A stretch of DNA of 63,589 nucleotides, filler included. It is 7 parts of 7 records of this genome, joined end to end, with 100 filler letters (N's around TTAATTAATTAA, not from the genome) between each part and the next. Parts side by side here need not be neighbours in the genome. Positions count along the whole stretch, not along the records: positions 1 to 17,621 come from SRR31156797_17449; 6 more parts are not named here. The stretch is one strand, 5' to 3'. The notes under the pieces were generated by a model. The model did no database searches. It saw only the letters and a program-made list of their open reading frames with translations, and had not been told where the DNA came from. The position numbers were made by a program, and so were the translations under genes. Of this stretch, positions 1 to 11,800 are shown piece by piece (the stretch's first letter is position 1; the number at the start of each line of letters is the position of its first letter).

Positions 1-210
1 TTTTACGGACTTCCCAATACCTGTACGATCAAGATATATTCCTATTCCGGTCAGCTGATCGATACGATCGAACATGATTCTCCTACCTATTCGGAAGAGA
101 AGATCCAGGTAACAAGAAATGGTCAAGATATGGCTTCAGGTATATATTTCTACACAGTAACAACACCCGATGGCGATAGCGACCACGGTAAATTCATCAT
201 AATTAAATAG
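1..210 (+). CDS. 3' end of a secreted protein: C-terminal sorting (T9SS CTD/FlgD-like) domain, partial
   Basis: Frame 1 reads FYGLPNTCTIKIYSYSGQLIDTIEH...NGQDMASGIYFYTV...GKFIIIK* (stop 208-210). Not in the ORF track because it lacks a start. Confidence 0.8.
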   Translation, partial: FYGLPNTCTIKIYSYSGQLIDTIEHDSPTYSEEKIQVTRNGQDMASGIYFYTVTTPDGDSDHGKFIIIK

Positions 211-230
211 TGAAAGAGGGAGTAAATATA

Positions 231-1205
231 ATGCGACATATTAAAATAAAACACCTTATCACTACTATTTTGGTTCTTGCCATGGCCGGAAGCCTAATGG
301 GTTTTGAAAAGGTGGGTGTAACGTCATTTCAGTTCTTGAAGATCACACCTGATGCACGCTCGGCCGCTATGGGTAATGCAAGTTCCTCTTTGAATACCGG
401 GATATACTCTATGTATTCAAATCCTGCAAATCTCGTTGAGAATACCGGTTTGGTCGCCGAAGTGACATATATGGACTATCTATTTGATACACAACATCAA
501 AGTCTTGCAATTAACTGGGCTAAAAGCAATCTTTCCTTCGGCCTGTTTTATTTGCGTGCCGATTATGGAGAGATAGAAGAGACGACGGTTGAACAGTTGG
601 GTTATTTTCCCAACGGTGAATTCAATCCCGGATTGACCGGAAACGTTTTCCGTCCCGGAGCACAGGTCATCGGCTTTTCATTCTCACAAAAGTTGACCGA
701 TAAATTCTCATATGGAATTAATACAAAATACGTCCACGAGAATATGGTCTATGCTCAAAAGGGAGCATTAATGTGGGATCTGGGGCTTTTGTACGATACG
801 AAGTTCAAAAGCATAAGAATATCGGCTGTTATCCGGAATTTCGGTTCTCAGGTACAGTACTTTGATTATTCTTATCCCTTACCTCAAACCATGGTTATTG
901 GCTTGTCTGCTAATCTGATAGGTAGCGACGCTTTATTGTCCATATCAAACAATCATCGTTTGACAATGGCAGCAGAGATGGTTCAACCGCGTGATTATGA
1001 TCAACAGTATCATATTGGAATGGAATATGCCATGAATGAGATGTTCTTCGTACGCAGCGGTTATAAGATCAATTACGATTCACAGGGATTAAATCTTGGA
1101 ATAGGACTTAAATTCAAGGGTTTCCATTTCGATTATTCCTACAGTGCATATAAAAATTTACCGGCAGTATCCCGTTTTTCACTGGGATATGACCTGTCTA
1201 ACTAA
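231..1205 (+). CDS. PorV/PorQ-family outer-membrane beta-barrel protein
   Basis: Signal peptide, FLKITPDARSAAMG and NPA motifs, alternating beta-strand pattern, C-terminal RFSLGYDL. ATG 231 follows GAGGGAG (ORF track start 210). Confidence 0.8.
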   Translation: MRHIKIKHLITTILVLAMAGSLMGFEKVGVTSFQFLKITPDARSAAMGNASSSLNTGIYSMYSNPANLVENTGLVAEVTYMDYLFDTQHQSLAINWAKSNLSFGLFYLRADYGEIEETTVEQLGYFPNGEFNPGLTGNVFRPGAQVIGFSFSQKLTDKFSYGINTKYVHENMVYAQKGALMWDLGLLYDTKFKSIRISAVIRNFGSQVQYFDYSYPLPQTMVIGLSANLIGSDALLSISNNHRLTMAAEMVQPRDYDQQYHIGMEYAMNEMFFVRSGYKINYDSQGLNLGIGLKFKGFHFDYSYSAYKNLPAVSRFSLGYDLSN

Positions 1206-1223
1206 TTGAGGAGCACGGTTTAT

Positions 1224-2753
1224 ATGAAAAATAGCGTCTCAAAAATAGATTTTAAAAAGATCGGATCGATCGCAGTGATCATGCTGATGTCCGTCACCAT
1301 GCTGTTCGCGCAGAACCGTGGAAACGCCCTAGGTTTTCAGGGTCTGGACGAGATCAGTTTTACTGCTCCGCGTGTTGCCGCTCTTGGCGGTTCATTTTCC
1401 GCAGTTTCGGGTGATATCAACACCTTAAGCATTAACCCGGCCGGATTAAGCGGTTTAGAAGGCTTGTCAATCACTTTGAATTCCAATATGTATATGCGTT
1501 CCTGGTATGAAAACCAGGAATATCGCCCCAATCGTCGTTTTGTGACCTTGCCCTTCTATCTGGAAGGACTTTACGTTCCAGATCCCGCCAATAACGGCAT
1601 GTGGGACCATGAAGTATTCGCAGCTGCGTTGTTGGATACGTCCTATAACGTCAACTTGCCGGACACGGGATTATATGCATACAGTGAGGAGGCAGCGGGT
1701 TATGTTGCTAAGAAAAATGGATTAGGCAATATTGATCTGAAAGTTGCACTTCCTCTTGAAATTGGTGAAAGGACTTTGACACTGGCATTGGGAGTAAAAG
1801 CCCTTGAAGCCATTGAAGATAGAGACAACAATGCGAGTTATCTTGATCCACATTTGGCATATACCGAATATGATATGATCGAACAGCTTGACGGAACTGA
1901 TACCGTTCGCATGAATTGGTATGATTTTACCAGAACACGCAGTGGTGTCAGTAATTCTTTTACTTTTGGAGCCGGAATGGACATTCTCTCCTGGTTGTCA
2001 GCCGGATTCAGCGTTGAATATATGAGTGCAAGCAGCAATGATTATCAAATGAAGAGTAAAATAGGTTATTTCGATCTATTTGACGATAATGAATTTATGT
2101 ATTCCTATGATACTCTTGACGTATCATTTGCCGGTACATCAAATTTCAGCGCATTTAAAAGTAAGCTGGGACTTCAATTGGATCATGAACATGTTTCAAT
2201 GGGGTTTAGCTTGAAATTGCCTTACATGCTTAAACGAAATTATGAATATGAAAAAAGTGTCATGGATACCTTGGGAACGACAGTATCAACCATTATCGGT
2301 GCTGAAAGCGTGAAAATTCCCATGGGTTTCCAACTTGGCTTTCTGTTCAAACCAATTGAATCATTGAAGGTAAGCATTGATATTGCTCAAACTCCTTATG
2401 AAAACTCGGTATGGGTAAGAACAGATGATCGCGAAGAAATTCAACGTGATTGGGTAAACCAGGAAATATTGGCTTTCGGGCTTGAATACAAGGTCATTGA
2501 TGCACTTGCTTTAAGAGCAGGATATCGCAGTGAATCTCAGGTTTTTGTACCTGATGGTGCTGATATAAGGACCAAAGGGCCGGAGAAGATCTGCTGGTCG
2601 GCGGGTATTGGCTTGGATCTTGGGAAAGTGGGAAGTTTAGATCTTGCTTACGTATTCTCAGATCTTAAATATTATGATCAATATTTCTCAAATATTAATT
2701 ATGTCCATGACATGACACATCGTTTTGTTTTGGGATATTCAATAACATTATAA
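1224..2753 (+). CDS. FadL/OmpP1-like (PorV-superfamily) outer-membrane beta-barrel protein
   Basis: Signal peptide, PRVAALGG...INPAGL N-terminal motif, LALRAGY, terminal FVLGYSITL strand. ATG 1224 follows GAGGAG. Confidence 0.7.
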   Translation: MKNSVSKIDFKKIGSIAVIMLMSVTMLFAQNRGNALGFQGLDEISFTAPRVAALGGSFSAVSGDINTLSINPAGLSGLEGLSITLNSNMYMRSWYENQEYRPNRRFVTLPFYLEGLYVPDPANNGMWDHEVFAAALLDTSYNVNLPDTGLYAYSEEAAGYVAKKNGLGNIDLKVALPLEIGERTLTLALGVKALEAIEDRDNNASYLDPHLAYTEYDMIEQLDGTDTVRMNWYDFTRTRSGVSNSFTFGAGMDILSWLSAGFSVEYMSASSNDYQMKSKIGYFDLFDDNEFMYSYDTLDVSFAGTSNFSAFKSKLGLQLDHEHVSMGFSLKLPYMLKRNYEYEKSVMDTLGTTVSTIIGAESVKIPMGFQLGFLFKPIESLKVSIDIAQTPYENSVWVRTDDREEIQRDWVNQEILAFGLEYKVIDALALRAGYRSESQVFVPDGADIRTKGPEKICWSAGIGLDLGKVGSLDLAYVFSDLKYYDQYFSNINYVHDMTHRFVLGYSITL

Positions 2754-2776
2754 TTAGAAATTAGGAGGTCAATAAC

Positions 2777-4243
2777 ATGAAAAAGTTATGCGTTCTTTTC
2801 TGTGCCTTACTTGTTGCAGGATTGGCATTTGGGCAGATCCCATCGCTGATCGAAGTAACGGCCGAGAACTACGAATCATACTTTCAAAGTGATTTCAACA
2901 ACGTGTTGAACTACGTATCTCAGGGTGTGGATACCATTGTTCTTGGAACAAGCGGTATGATCTATACAACCCAGGATACGAATTACATGGTGATTAAAGA
3001 TCCCGTTGTGATCATGGCGAAAGAAGGTTTGGCGGAAAAACCGGTGCTGACGCACTTCAATACAACCGAGTCGACATCAATGGAGATATTCAGACTTCTT
3101 GATGACGTTACCTTTATTGATGTTGCATTCAAGGGTTGTATCGATGAAACGGAAGGGCTTAAATATGCCCTGCGTTACGGTGATTGGACAGATCCCGTGT
3201 CAGAAAACATCACCTATGCCGAAACCGGCGCAAAATTCGTCTTTGAAGGATGTGATTTCATTGGTTTTCACAGTCTGAAAGATCAGGGGTTACAAGGTAA
3301 TGTTCTTTATTACCTGCGTCCCGATGATACGACACTTGACCATTTGAGAAACACTAAAGTATTTTTCAATAACTGTTATTTTGAAGACATTGGTGACGAA
3401 TGTATCCGTATTGCCGAAAATGAAAAATACGGTGGTGCGATCGGTGTGAATGCAGTTGATACGCTTAAAGTTACCAACTGTACGTTCAATGACATTGATG
3501 CTGAATGTATCAGAGTTTATGGTGACATGGATACAACAAATGCCGAAGGTTTGATCCTTGCTCAGCATTGTACGGTTGTGAACAGTGCACCTCGTTTTAT
3601 CTATGCCAAGAACTACAAGAAAAGCATTGTAAAAGATATTCTTATTGCTCATGGCCGTGCACCCGGTATCCTCCGTCCCGATCGTGGTGATTATAATATC
3701 CAGGTTCAGTTGGCAGGTTCAAATGTATCGCATATTGATACGTTTGAAGTCGTTTTCCCTCTGTATTATGCTACTCGTATCGGTGCTACAAAAGGCGGAA
3801 ATGTAAATGAAGCCACCATTTATGGTCATGATCCTCAATTTGTTGATTATGCAAATGGAGACTTTACTATCGCATCCGGTTCTATCCTTTATGGTTTGTC
3901 ATCTGATGGCACCTGTATCGGTGACTTGAACTGGGCACCGCATATCGGAAGCTATGTCTCCGTTGAAGAGGCAGTTCCTGCTGAATTTAAATTAGCGCAA
4001 AACTATCCGAATCCTTTTAATCCCACTACAACGATCTCATTCGATCTGCCATCTGATGGTATGACCACTTTGAAGATCATGAATCTGATGGGCAGGGAAG
4101 TGGATACACCGATCAATTCATATCAGAGTGCCGGCGTACATGAAGTGAAATACGATGCTTCAAGTTTGCCTTCAGGCATTTACTTCTATCAGCTGACTCA
4201 TGGCGATAGAGTTGAAATGAAAAAAATGGTTTTAATGAAATAA
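2777..4243 (+). CDS. Secreted pectin-lyase-like beta-helix protein (DUF4957/DUF5123-like) with T9SS-type CTD
   Basis: Signal peptide, beta-helix periodicity (NCYF, NCTF), DP-F..GDFT..GDLNW module end, LAQNYPNPFNP...SGIYFY...KKMVLMK CTD. RBS AGGAGG. Confidence 0.75.
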   Translation: MKKLCVLFCALLVAGLAFGQIPSLIEVTAENYESYFQSDFNNVLNYVSQGVDTIVLGTSGMIYTTQDTNYMVIKDPVVIMAKEGLAEKPVLTHFNTTESTSMEIFRLLDDVTFIDVAFKGCIDETEGLKYALRYGDWTDPVSENITYAETGAKFVFEGCDFIGFHSLKDQGLQGNVLYYLRPDDTTLDHLRNTKVFFNNCYFEDIGDECIRIAENEKYGGAIGVNAVDTLKVTNCTFNDIDAECIRVYGDMDTTNAEGLILAQHCTVVNSAPRFIYAKNYKKSIVKDILIAHGRAPGILRPDRGDYNIQVQLAGSNVSHIDTFEVVFPLYYATRIGATKGGNVNEATIYGHDPQFVDYANGDFTIASGSILYGLSSDGTCIGDLNWAPHIGSYVSVEEAVPAEFKLAQNYPNPFNPTTTISFDLPSDGMTTLKIMNLMGREVDTPINSYQSAGVHEVKYDASSLPSGIYFYQLTHGDRVEMKKMVLMK

Positions 4244-4279
4244 ATGAACAAAAAGGTTAATAACAAGAAAGGAATGATT

Positions 4280-7200
4280 ATGAAAAAGCTAATGTTGCTT
4301 TTTGTAATGTCGTTCATGGTATTCGCTATGGCATTTGGAGCTGTAGTCCAAGTTGCCGCAGGTACAGATGTTATCTCAACAGCTTATGCTGCTGCAACTT
4401 CTGGTGATATCATTGAATTGACAACCGGTGGAGGTGATGGCACCTATATTGAAACTGCTTCGCTTGATGTTGCAGATAAGAGCATCACGATCCGTGCGGC
4501 AGCCTCATTATCTGCCAAACCTCTTATCCAATGTACAGAAAACAGTGAGCCTGTTTTCTATATGACAGGTTCCGATGACAGATTAGAAATTGTTGGTCTC
4601 GAAATCGATGGAAGAAGCCGTGCATCGAAGTACCTGGTACGTTTGGACAATGGTGATACGCTCGGTACTTCAAAACTGATCGTAAAAGATTGTGAAGCTT
4701 ACAGTTTTAGCGATAAGATCATCAAAATTTACGGTGATTCAGGTGTAGATTCAGTTGTCGTCGATAATTCAATTTTTCATGACGGTGCCTCGGAAGGTAT
4801 ATGCCTCTATTCAGGTTCATCTTCTGACCCTGCAGCTATTGTAAGATATGCTGAGATCACGAATACGACGATCTATGATATCGAGCGTGAAGCTATCAAG
4901 GCTCAGACCTACACAGATTATCATGTTTTGGTTGATCGTTGCACATTTTATGATATCGGTGCAAACGATAAAAAAGCAATGATCTATTTAAATGACTCGG
5001 ATGATTTTACCGTAAAGAATAGTATTTTCGCTAAAAATGAAAATCCGGATGCAGAAAAATTTGCTGATTTTGAAACTTCTGCCGGTCAATTCCACAACAA
5101 CGTTGTCTGGAATACCACAAATTATGAAGTTGATAAAGCTACAGTAACAGATACTTTGCATGTTGATCCTATGTTTGCTGAACCTGACAGTGGAGATTTT
5201 ACTCTACCTGAAGGTTCAATATTATTGACTTTCGCAGATGATGGTGGAGCTATCGGCGACCCTCGCTGGGTTCCTCAAGCGACAGTTCATCAGGTTGCAG
5301 CCGGTACTAACGCTATCTCGGACGCTATGGATGCAGCCGAAGCCGGTGATATTATCGAATTGACAACAAGTGGTTTGGATGGAACATACATTGAAGGTTC
5401 CAAACTATCCATGACAAAAGATATCACCATTCGTGCTGGTGCTGTTGCTTCAAGACCGATCATTCAACAGACCGGTGGTTCAACAAATCCTATGGTTGAG
5501 ATCAAAGCTGATGTCCATGTGACATTAGACGGTCTTGAATTCCAGGGTAACAATAATGCAAAATACTTCATTATTGTTGATACTGACGATACAACAACAA
5601 CCGTTGAACTTGTTGTAGAAGACTGTGAAGCCTGGGATTTCTCTGATAAAGGTATCAAGTTTTATGGCAATGCCGGTGTAGATTATTTTGAATTCTCAAA
5701 TTCAATTCTTCATGAAACAGCTTCCGAAGCAATTTGTTTATATGAAGGAAGTACATCTAACCCAGCAGCTGTGATCCGTGAAGCAGTTATCAAAAACTCA
5801 ACTATTTATGATAGTGAACGCGAATGTATTAAAGCTGAAACCTATGCATACGGTTCTCTTCTGGTTGATCAGGTTACCGCATATAATTGTGGTGATACAG
5901 ATGGTAAGTCCATGATCTATGTTGATGACTGGACCGATGTAGAAGTTAAGAACAGTATTTTCGTTGGAAATCACTATTCAAGTTATTTTGGCCGTTTTGA
6001 AAACTCAGATAACCAATTCCATCACAATGTGATCTGGGATGGTGCTACCTGGGATATCGATAATGCAACCATTTCCGATACATTACGTATGGATCCTGGT
6101 TTTACAGATGCAGCCAATGGTGATTTTACGCTTCCCGATCCTTCAGTTCTTAGAACTTTTGGTGATCTTGGTGGCGCAGTAGGTGACCCTCGTTGGGCTC
6201 CTGAAGCCGGTGGCCAGAAAACTTTGACTGTATTTACAGACGGTAATGGTTCCGTTACTTTGGATCCTGCCGGTGGTTTGTACGATGAAGGTACCTCAGT
6301 TACATTGACCGCTACAGCGGATTCATTATGGGTATTCGATCATTGGTCAGCTAATGTTTCGGTATTCCCTCCAAACAATCCGACAGCGACTATTACAGTC
6401 AACAGCAATATGAATGTAACCGCTTACTTTGTCCCGACTCTAAATGAATACGATATTACCTGGGATGCTGTAGGTTTGGGTCATGTTGATGACGTTCATA
6501 CGGCATTTTTCCCTGTAGAAGGTTACTGGGAAGGTGATACGCTTGAATTGACAGCTGTTGCTGATACATCAACATGGGAATTTGTCAACTGGGTTGATGC
6601 TGATACAGTTGAAGTATCAACAGCTAATCCTCTGGTTTATCCCGTTCAAGCTGATGCACATTTTACTGCTGTTTTTGCAAGTAAATTACCTCAGTATGAG
6701 TTGAACTTAAGCATTGCCGGTAGTGGTGATGTAAGTGTTTCTCCTCAGCCTGTCGATGGATTTACAACTTATGATTCCGGTACAGTGGTTTCACTGATGG
6801 CGGAAGAAAATATGGGTTGGGAATTCGCAGGTTACACAGGAAGTGTAACACGACCAGACAAAGATATTAAGGTATTAATGAATATCCGTTTGAGCATTGT
6901 AGCAAACTTTGTTGAAAAGGCTGTTCCCGGTGGTGACCTGATGGTTGATACCAGCTGGGATCTACGTGATGCTATTGAGTTTGCAACTTACAACTCAAAT
7001 GTAGAACGTATTGTTCTGACAGAAGTTGGACCCTATGCTCCGGATGAAGCAGATCGTTCAGATGGTAAATTGCCCAATCTAAATATTGAAGCTCCTATTA
7101 CCATTGTAGCCAGCGATACACTCACAGAAAAGCCTATTATTAAGGCTTGGGGTGAAGGTGGATCTGAAGCTCTCTTTAGAATGCGTACAAATGGTAGTCT

Positions 7201-8737
7201 AAATATCTCAGATTTGGTAATAGATGGTTATTCAGATGCAACCGGAAGTGCTACCAAATATATGTTCCGTCTTGATGATGGTGCGCCAATTACCAATTCG
7301 ATCATAGCTGATGGTGTAGAATTCTTTGGTACAAAAGAAGCATTCTTGAAATACTATTCTCAGGTTCATGTTGATTCTTTGATCCTAAGGAACTGTTATA
7401 TTTATGATATCGGTAAAGAAGGTATTTATGATAATGCTGCCGGTACAACCGACTATCTTGAAATAACAAATTCTACTTTCCACGATGTAAAAAGAGAAAT
7501 TGTTCGCTATAAGGTTAATACACCACTTACGGTTATTGATCACGTAACAGTGGATAATTGTGGCTACGGTGATGGAAGTAAATATGCTTCCTTCAAATTT
7601 GAAGTTGCAAATGTAGGAAGTATCACTAATTCGATCATTTCCAACATCTTGAATACCACTTATGGATATTCATTCAGAATGTATGGTTCTGATTTCCTCA
7701 TTGATAATTGTCTTGTATACAATTGTGCTGAGATCGATAACAATGATGGTGCTGTAGTTGGTGATGATGTCTTCGACGCTGATCCGATGTATGCAGATGA
7801 AAGTGCTTTTGATTTCACTTTAGCTGACAACTCTATTGCCTATCATATGGCTAACGACGGTTCAGCTGCAATTGGTGACCTTCGTTGGGCAACCAGTACA
7901 AGTGTTGCTGATATGAGTGTACTTGATCTTACAATAGTAGGAGAAGGTGAAGTTGAAATGAGTCCCGAACCTATGGGTAAATACTATGTTACGGGTACGA
8001 TCGTTACTCTGACAGCTACTGCTGATTCATTGTATAAATTTGGTGCATGGAGTGGTGGAGTATCATCTACCAATGCAACAGCTTATACGAATATGGGTGA
8101 TGACATGGCTATTACAGCTACATTCGATGAAGCTTTCTATACAGTTGATTTGAATGTCAACATGAGTAAATGGGCTGATGATGGTAATTTCACTGTTGGT
8201 ACAGACAGTGTAGATCTAGCTGGTACCATGAATGCCTGGGGTGCGGTTCCTATGTGGATGGATGATGCCGATGGCGATACCGTATATTCATATACATTAG
8301 TCATTGATGAAAATTATCCTGATATTGAATGGAAATTCCGTATCAATGGTAACTGGGACAGTAGTGAATTCCCGAGTGGTGGACCTAATCGCACATTTAC
8401 AGTTGTTGGTGATACCAGCATAACATTCTGGTATAACGATGAAACACCTCCGGTTGGAGTTGCGGAAATACCTCTGGCTTACGAATTGAACCAGAACTAT
8501 CCGAACCCATTCAATCCGTCAACGACCATTCGTTTCGGATTACCGATCGCAGAATATACAACTGTTACTTTATATGATGTTTCCGGACGCAAGATCATGA
8601 AACTGATCGATAGCGATATGTCCGCGGGTTATCATGATGTAGTATTGAATGCTGCACATCTGCCCTCAGGTCTATATTTCTATAGTATCAAGGCCGGTGA
8701 TTTCACTGCAGTCAAGAAACTGACATTACTAAAATAA
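4280..8737 (+). CDS. Large secreted modular protein: three DUF4957/DUF5123-like beta-helix modules, InlB-B-like repeats, CBM-like domain, T9SS-type CTD
   Basis: Three modules ending GDPRW/GDPRW/GDLRW, repeats of GxGxV..P..G.Y..GT.V.LTA.....F..W, NQNYPNPFNP CTD. Likely start 4280 after AAAGGA (ORF track start 4244). Confidence 0.8.
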   Translation: MKKLMLLFVMSFMVFAMAFGAVVQVAAGTDVISTAYAAATSGDIIELTTGGGDGTYIETASLDVADKSITIRAAASLSAKPLIQCTENSEPVFYMTGSDDRLEIVGLEIDGRSRASKYLVRLDNGDTLGTSKLIVKDCEAYSFSDKIIKIYGDSGVDSVVVDNSIFHDGASEGICLYSGSSSDPAAIVRYAEITNTTIYDIEREAIKAQTYTDYHVLVDRCTFYDIGANDKKAMIYLNDSDDFTVKNSIFAKNENPDAEKFADFETSAGQFHNNVVWNTTNYEVDKATVTDTLHVDPMFAEPDSGDFTLPEGSILLTFADDGGAIGDPRWVPQATVHQVAAGTNAISDAMDAAEAGDIIELTTSGLDGTYIEGSKLSMTKDITIRAGAVASRPIIQQTGGSTNPMVEIKADVHVTLDGLEFQGNNNAKYFIIVDTDDTTTTVELVVEDCEAWDFSDKGIKFYGNAGVDYFEFSNSILHETASEAICLYEGSTSNPAAVIREAVIKNSTIYDSERECIKAETYAYGSLLVDQVTAYNCGDTDGKSMIYVDDWTDVEVKNSIFVGNHYSSYFGRFENSDNQFHHNVIWDGATWDIDNATISDTLRMDPGFTDAANGDFTLPDPSVLRTFGDLGGAVGDPRWAPEAGGQKTLTVFTDGNGSVTLDPAGGLYDEGTSVTLTATADSLWVFDHWSANVSVFPPNNPTATITVNSNMNVTAYFVPTLNEYDITWDAVGLGHVDDVHTAFFPVEGYWEGDTLELTAVADTSTWEFVNWVDADTVEVSTANPLVYPVQADAHFTAVFASKLPQYELNLSIAGSGDVSVSPQPVDGFTTYDSGTVVSLMAEENMGWEFAGYTGSVTRPDKDIKVLMNIRLSIVANFVEKAVPGGDLMVDTSWDLRDAIEFATYNSNVERIVLTEVGPYAPDEADRSDGKLPNLNIEAPITIVASDTLTEKPIIKAWGEGGSEALFRMRTNGSLNISDLVIDGYSDATGSATKYMFRLDDGAPITNSIIADGVEFFGTKEAFLKYYSQVHVDSLILRNCYIYDIGKEGIYDNAAGTTDYLEITNSTFHDVKREIVRYKVNTPLTVIDHVTVDNCGYGDGSKYASFKFEVANVGSITNSIISNILNTTYGYSFRMYGSDFLIDNCLVYNCAEIDNNDGAVVGDDVFDADPMYADESAFDFTLADNSIAYHMANDGSAAIGDLRWATSTSVADMSVLDLTIVGEGEVEMSPEPMGKYYVTGTIVTLTATADSLYKFGAWSGGVSSTNATAYTNMGDDMAITATFDEAFYTVDLNVNMSKWADDGNFTVGTDSVDLAGTMNAWGAVPMWMDDADGDTVYSYTLVIDENYPDIEWKFRINGNWDSSEFPSGGPNRTFTVVGDTSITFWYNDETPPVGVAEIPLAYELNQNYPNPFNPSTTIRFGLPIAEYTTVTLYDVSGRKIMKLIDSDMSAGYHDVVLNAAHLPSGLYFYSIKAGDFTAVKKLTLLK

Positions 8738-8750
8738 CATGTAGGATAGC

Positions 8751-8781
8751 AAGGGGCCGGTTTCGGCCGGCCCCTTTTTTT
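8751..8781 (+). terminator. Rho-independent terminator
   Basis: GGGGCCGG-tttcgg-CCGGCCCC hairpin followed by T7. Confidence 0.9.
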
Positions 8782-8838
8782 ATCCAATAATTGAAATTTA
8801 ATTGTTTTAAACCAATAGGAACCTCTTAAGGAAGAAGA

Positions 8839-11800
8839 ATGAAAAGATCAGCATTAGTAATATTGGGCATAGCATTATTTAACTTACTTTTGGCATCAAC
8901 AATAAACGTTGATCCCGGAAGAAATTCGTTATATGACGCTTTAATCTCAGCAAATGATGGTGACACCTTGATGCTTACACAAAGTGCTGACTATTTGATG
9001 GATTCTGTTCTGGTCGTTGATAAGACCATTATGATCATGGCAGCAGAGGATCTGGACGAAAAACCTGTCATAAAAAATGTTTGTGAAACACTTTTAACGC
9101 GTAACCACATTCAAATAGCCGATGGGGGACATCTAAGACTTAACGGTTTGGAATTTGATGGCTTGACCGATTCCAATACACCGGCAAAATATTGTATTTC
9201 GACAACAGAGAAAATGTTAGTACCATATTCACTTTTTGTGAATGATTGTGTTATGCATGATTTTATTATTGATGAAGAGGGACGTTTTTTTAGAGCATAT
9301 GCTGAAACCTATGCGGATTCCGTGGTTTTTACAAATTGCCTGTTATATAACGCAGGAAGGCAGGGGATCTGTATAAAAGATGCCGATAATACGGTGGGTT
9401 ATTTTGAAATATCATTTTCAACTATGTTCAATGTTTACCATGAGGGTATTTACGTTCAAGGGGACAGTGTGGTATTCAGAGTAAATCATTGTACTTTTGA
9501 TAATTTAGGATATGCTTCGATGGATATGGTGCGACCAAGATTTATAAATGATACCGAAATAATCAATTCGGTATTTTCAAACGTACCCGAGCCACAATCA
9601 AGAGCTTTACTTGTTTATGGCCCTGCAAACGTAGATTATTGTGTTTTTCATAATATTGGAGCTGTGGATATCCATAACACCGCTATTTGTCAATTTGGCG
9701 ATTCGGTATATTTCGATGTGGATCCCCAATATGAGGGGAGGGAATACGGTAATTTTCAACTAAGCAATTCATCACCATTCTTAACGTTTTCAACTGACGG
9801 TTCGGTACTTGGAGATCCCAATTGGGGACAGTACTCAGGTGTGTTACCACGAACGATCTATGTTGGAAATGAACGTAACGCACTCAGTGATTCTCTTAAG
9901 ATCGCAAAAGATTCTGATATTCTTGAATTGACCCAATCGGGTGATTATTTATTGGATAGCATTCTAGTCATTGATAAAACGATCACCATTAAAGCAGCTG
10001 AGGCTCTTGAAAGCAAGCCCGTTTTAAAAAATGTGAATAATGGGCTGAGTATTGTTACTTTAATGGATATTCAAACAGGTGGGAACCTGTATTTGGATGG
10101 ACTAGAGTTGGATGGTTTAGCCGGTAGCGATTCGGCTGCCGATTATTTGATCAAAACGGCGGAAAGCATAGATGACAGCTATAAACTGGTCGTGAAAGAT
10201 TGTATCCTGCGCGATATTGATAATGGAAGCGATGGAGCTTTTTTCAAATCATATGCCAGCACGTCTGCAGATTCTATCGTCTTTAAGAACTGCATGATGT
10301 ACAATTGTGCCGGTATCGGCTTGGATATGATCGATGCCGATAACATCGTCGATTATTTTGAAATAAGCAATTCAACCATGTACGATATTGAGGATGTGGG
10401 TCTTTCACTTCAGGGATCTGATCCGATCATACTTGTCAAACACTGTAATTTTGATAATTTAGGTTCTGTCGGTAACGGCATGATAAATCCTGCCGGACTT
10501 GACGTGACGATTCAAAATTCCATTTTTTCAAATGCACCCGATACAACAACAAAATTATTTACATATTACTATTATGGAAATATTGACTTCAATAATTTCT
10601 ATAAGGTCGGTCCGATAGAGGTATGGATGGCAGGTGATAATCCCGTAGGTGAAAACAATATGTATGGTGTAGATCCCATGTTTACAGATCAGTCAAATAA
10701 TGACTATACATTGCCAATGGAGTCACCGATGTATTATTCCGGTGAGGGTGAATGTCATCTTGGTGATCAAAGATGGGCCATCAATGCACCGGTACGTATC
10801 TATAAGAAATTCTATATACCGGCATATCAAAATTCGATCTATGATTCATTGTTGGTTGCCGGTGATCGAGATACTTTGATCTTGACCGATGCAAGCGAAT
10901 ATCTATTGGACAGTACACTTTACATTAATAAAACCATCACGATCAAAGCAGCAGAAGAACTTGTAAGCAAACCTGTTATAAAAAATATCAAACCCGGTTA
11001 TACATCAAAATCCATTTTGCGTATACAAGAAAATGGGAATCTATATCTTAATGGTTTGGATCTTGATGGATTGGCCGGTACAGATATGGCAGCAAAATAC
11101 TTGATAAGGACAGATGAAGAGATCGAAGGATTTTACAATTTGTATGTGAATGATTGTGTTCTGCATGATGTTGTAGCAGCTGATATGGGTAGTTTTTTTA
11201 GGGGATTCAGTAAAACCTTTGCGGATACGGTAAAATTCACCAATTGTATCATGTACAATTCCGGCAAAGAAGGTATCCGTATCAAGGATGCTGACAATAC
11301 TGTCAGGTATTTTGAAATGAGCAACAGTACCATGTATCATACAAAGACCGAAGGTATTTATATTCAAGGAAATGAAGTTGTTTTCAGAATGGACCATTGT
11401 ACTCTACATGATCTTGCCTGGATACATGCCGATATGATACGGCCGCGTTATGTGATCGACGCAGAAATAACGAACTGTATTTTTGCCAATACTACAGAAC
11501 CGCATTCACGTGTTATTTTGCTTTATGGAACCTCATTGATGTCACATAATGATTTCTATAATGTTGGCGGAATAACAAAAGTCGTTGTTCACGACAGTTC
11601 ATCTTACCGTTTTGGTGATAATATGCTATTTGAAGTTGATCCCATGTTCGCCAACCCGGATGGCGGTGATTTTACTCTGATGGCTGGTTCACCTTTGTAT
11701 GGTATGGGTAGTGATGGTGAAGCGATGGGTGATCTGCGATGGGCGACTGAAGCAGCGCAGGATACTCCGGCTGTGATCTCTGTTCCCGAAGATTATGAAT

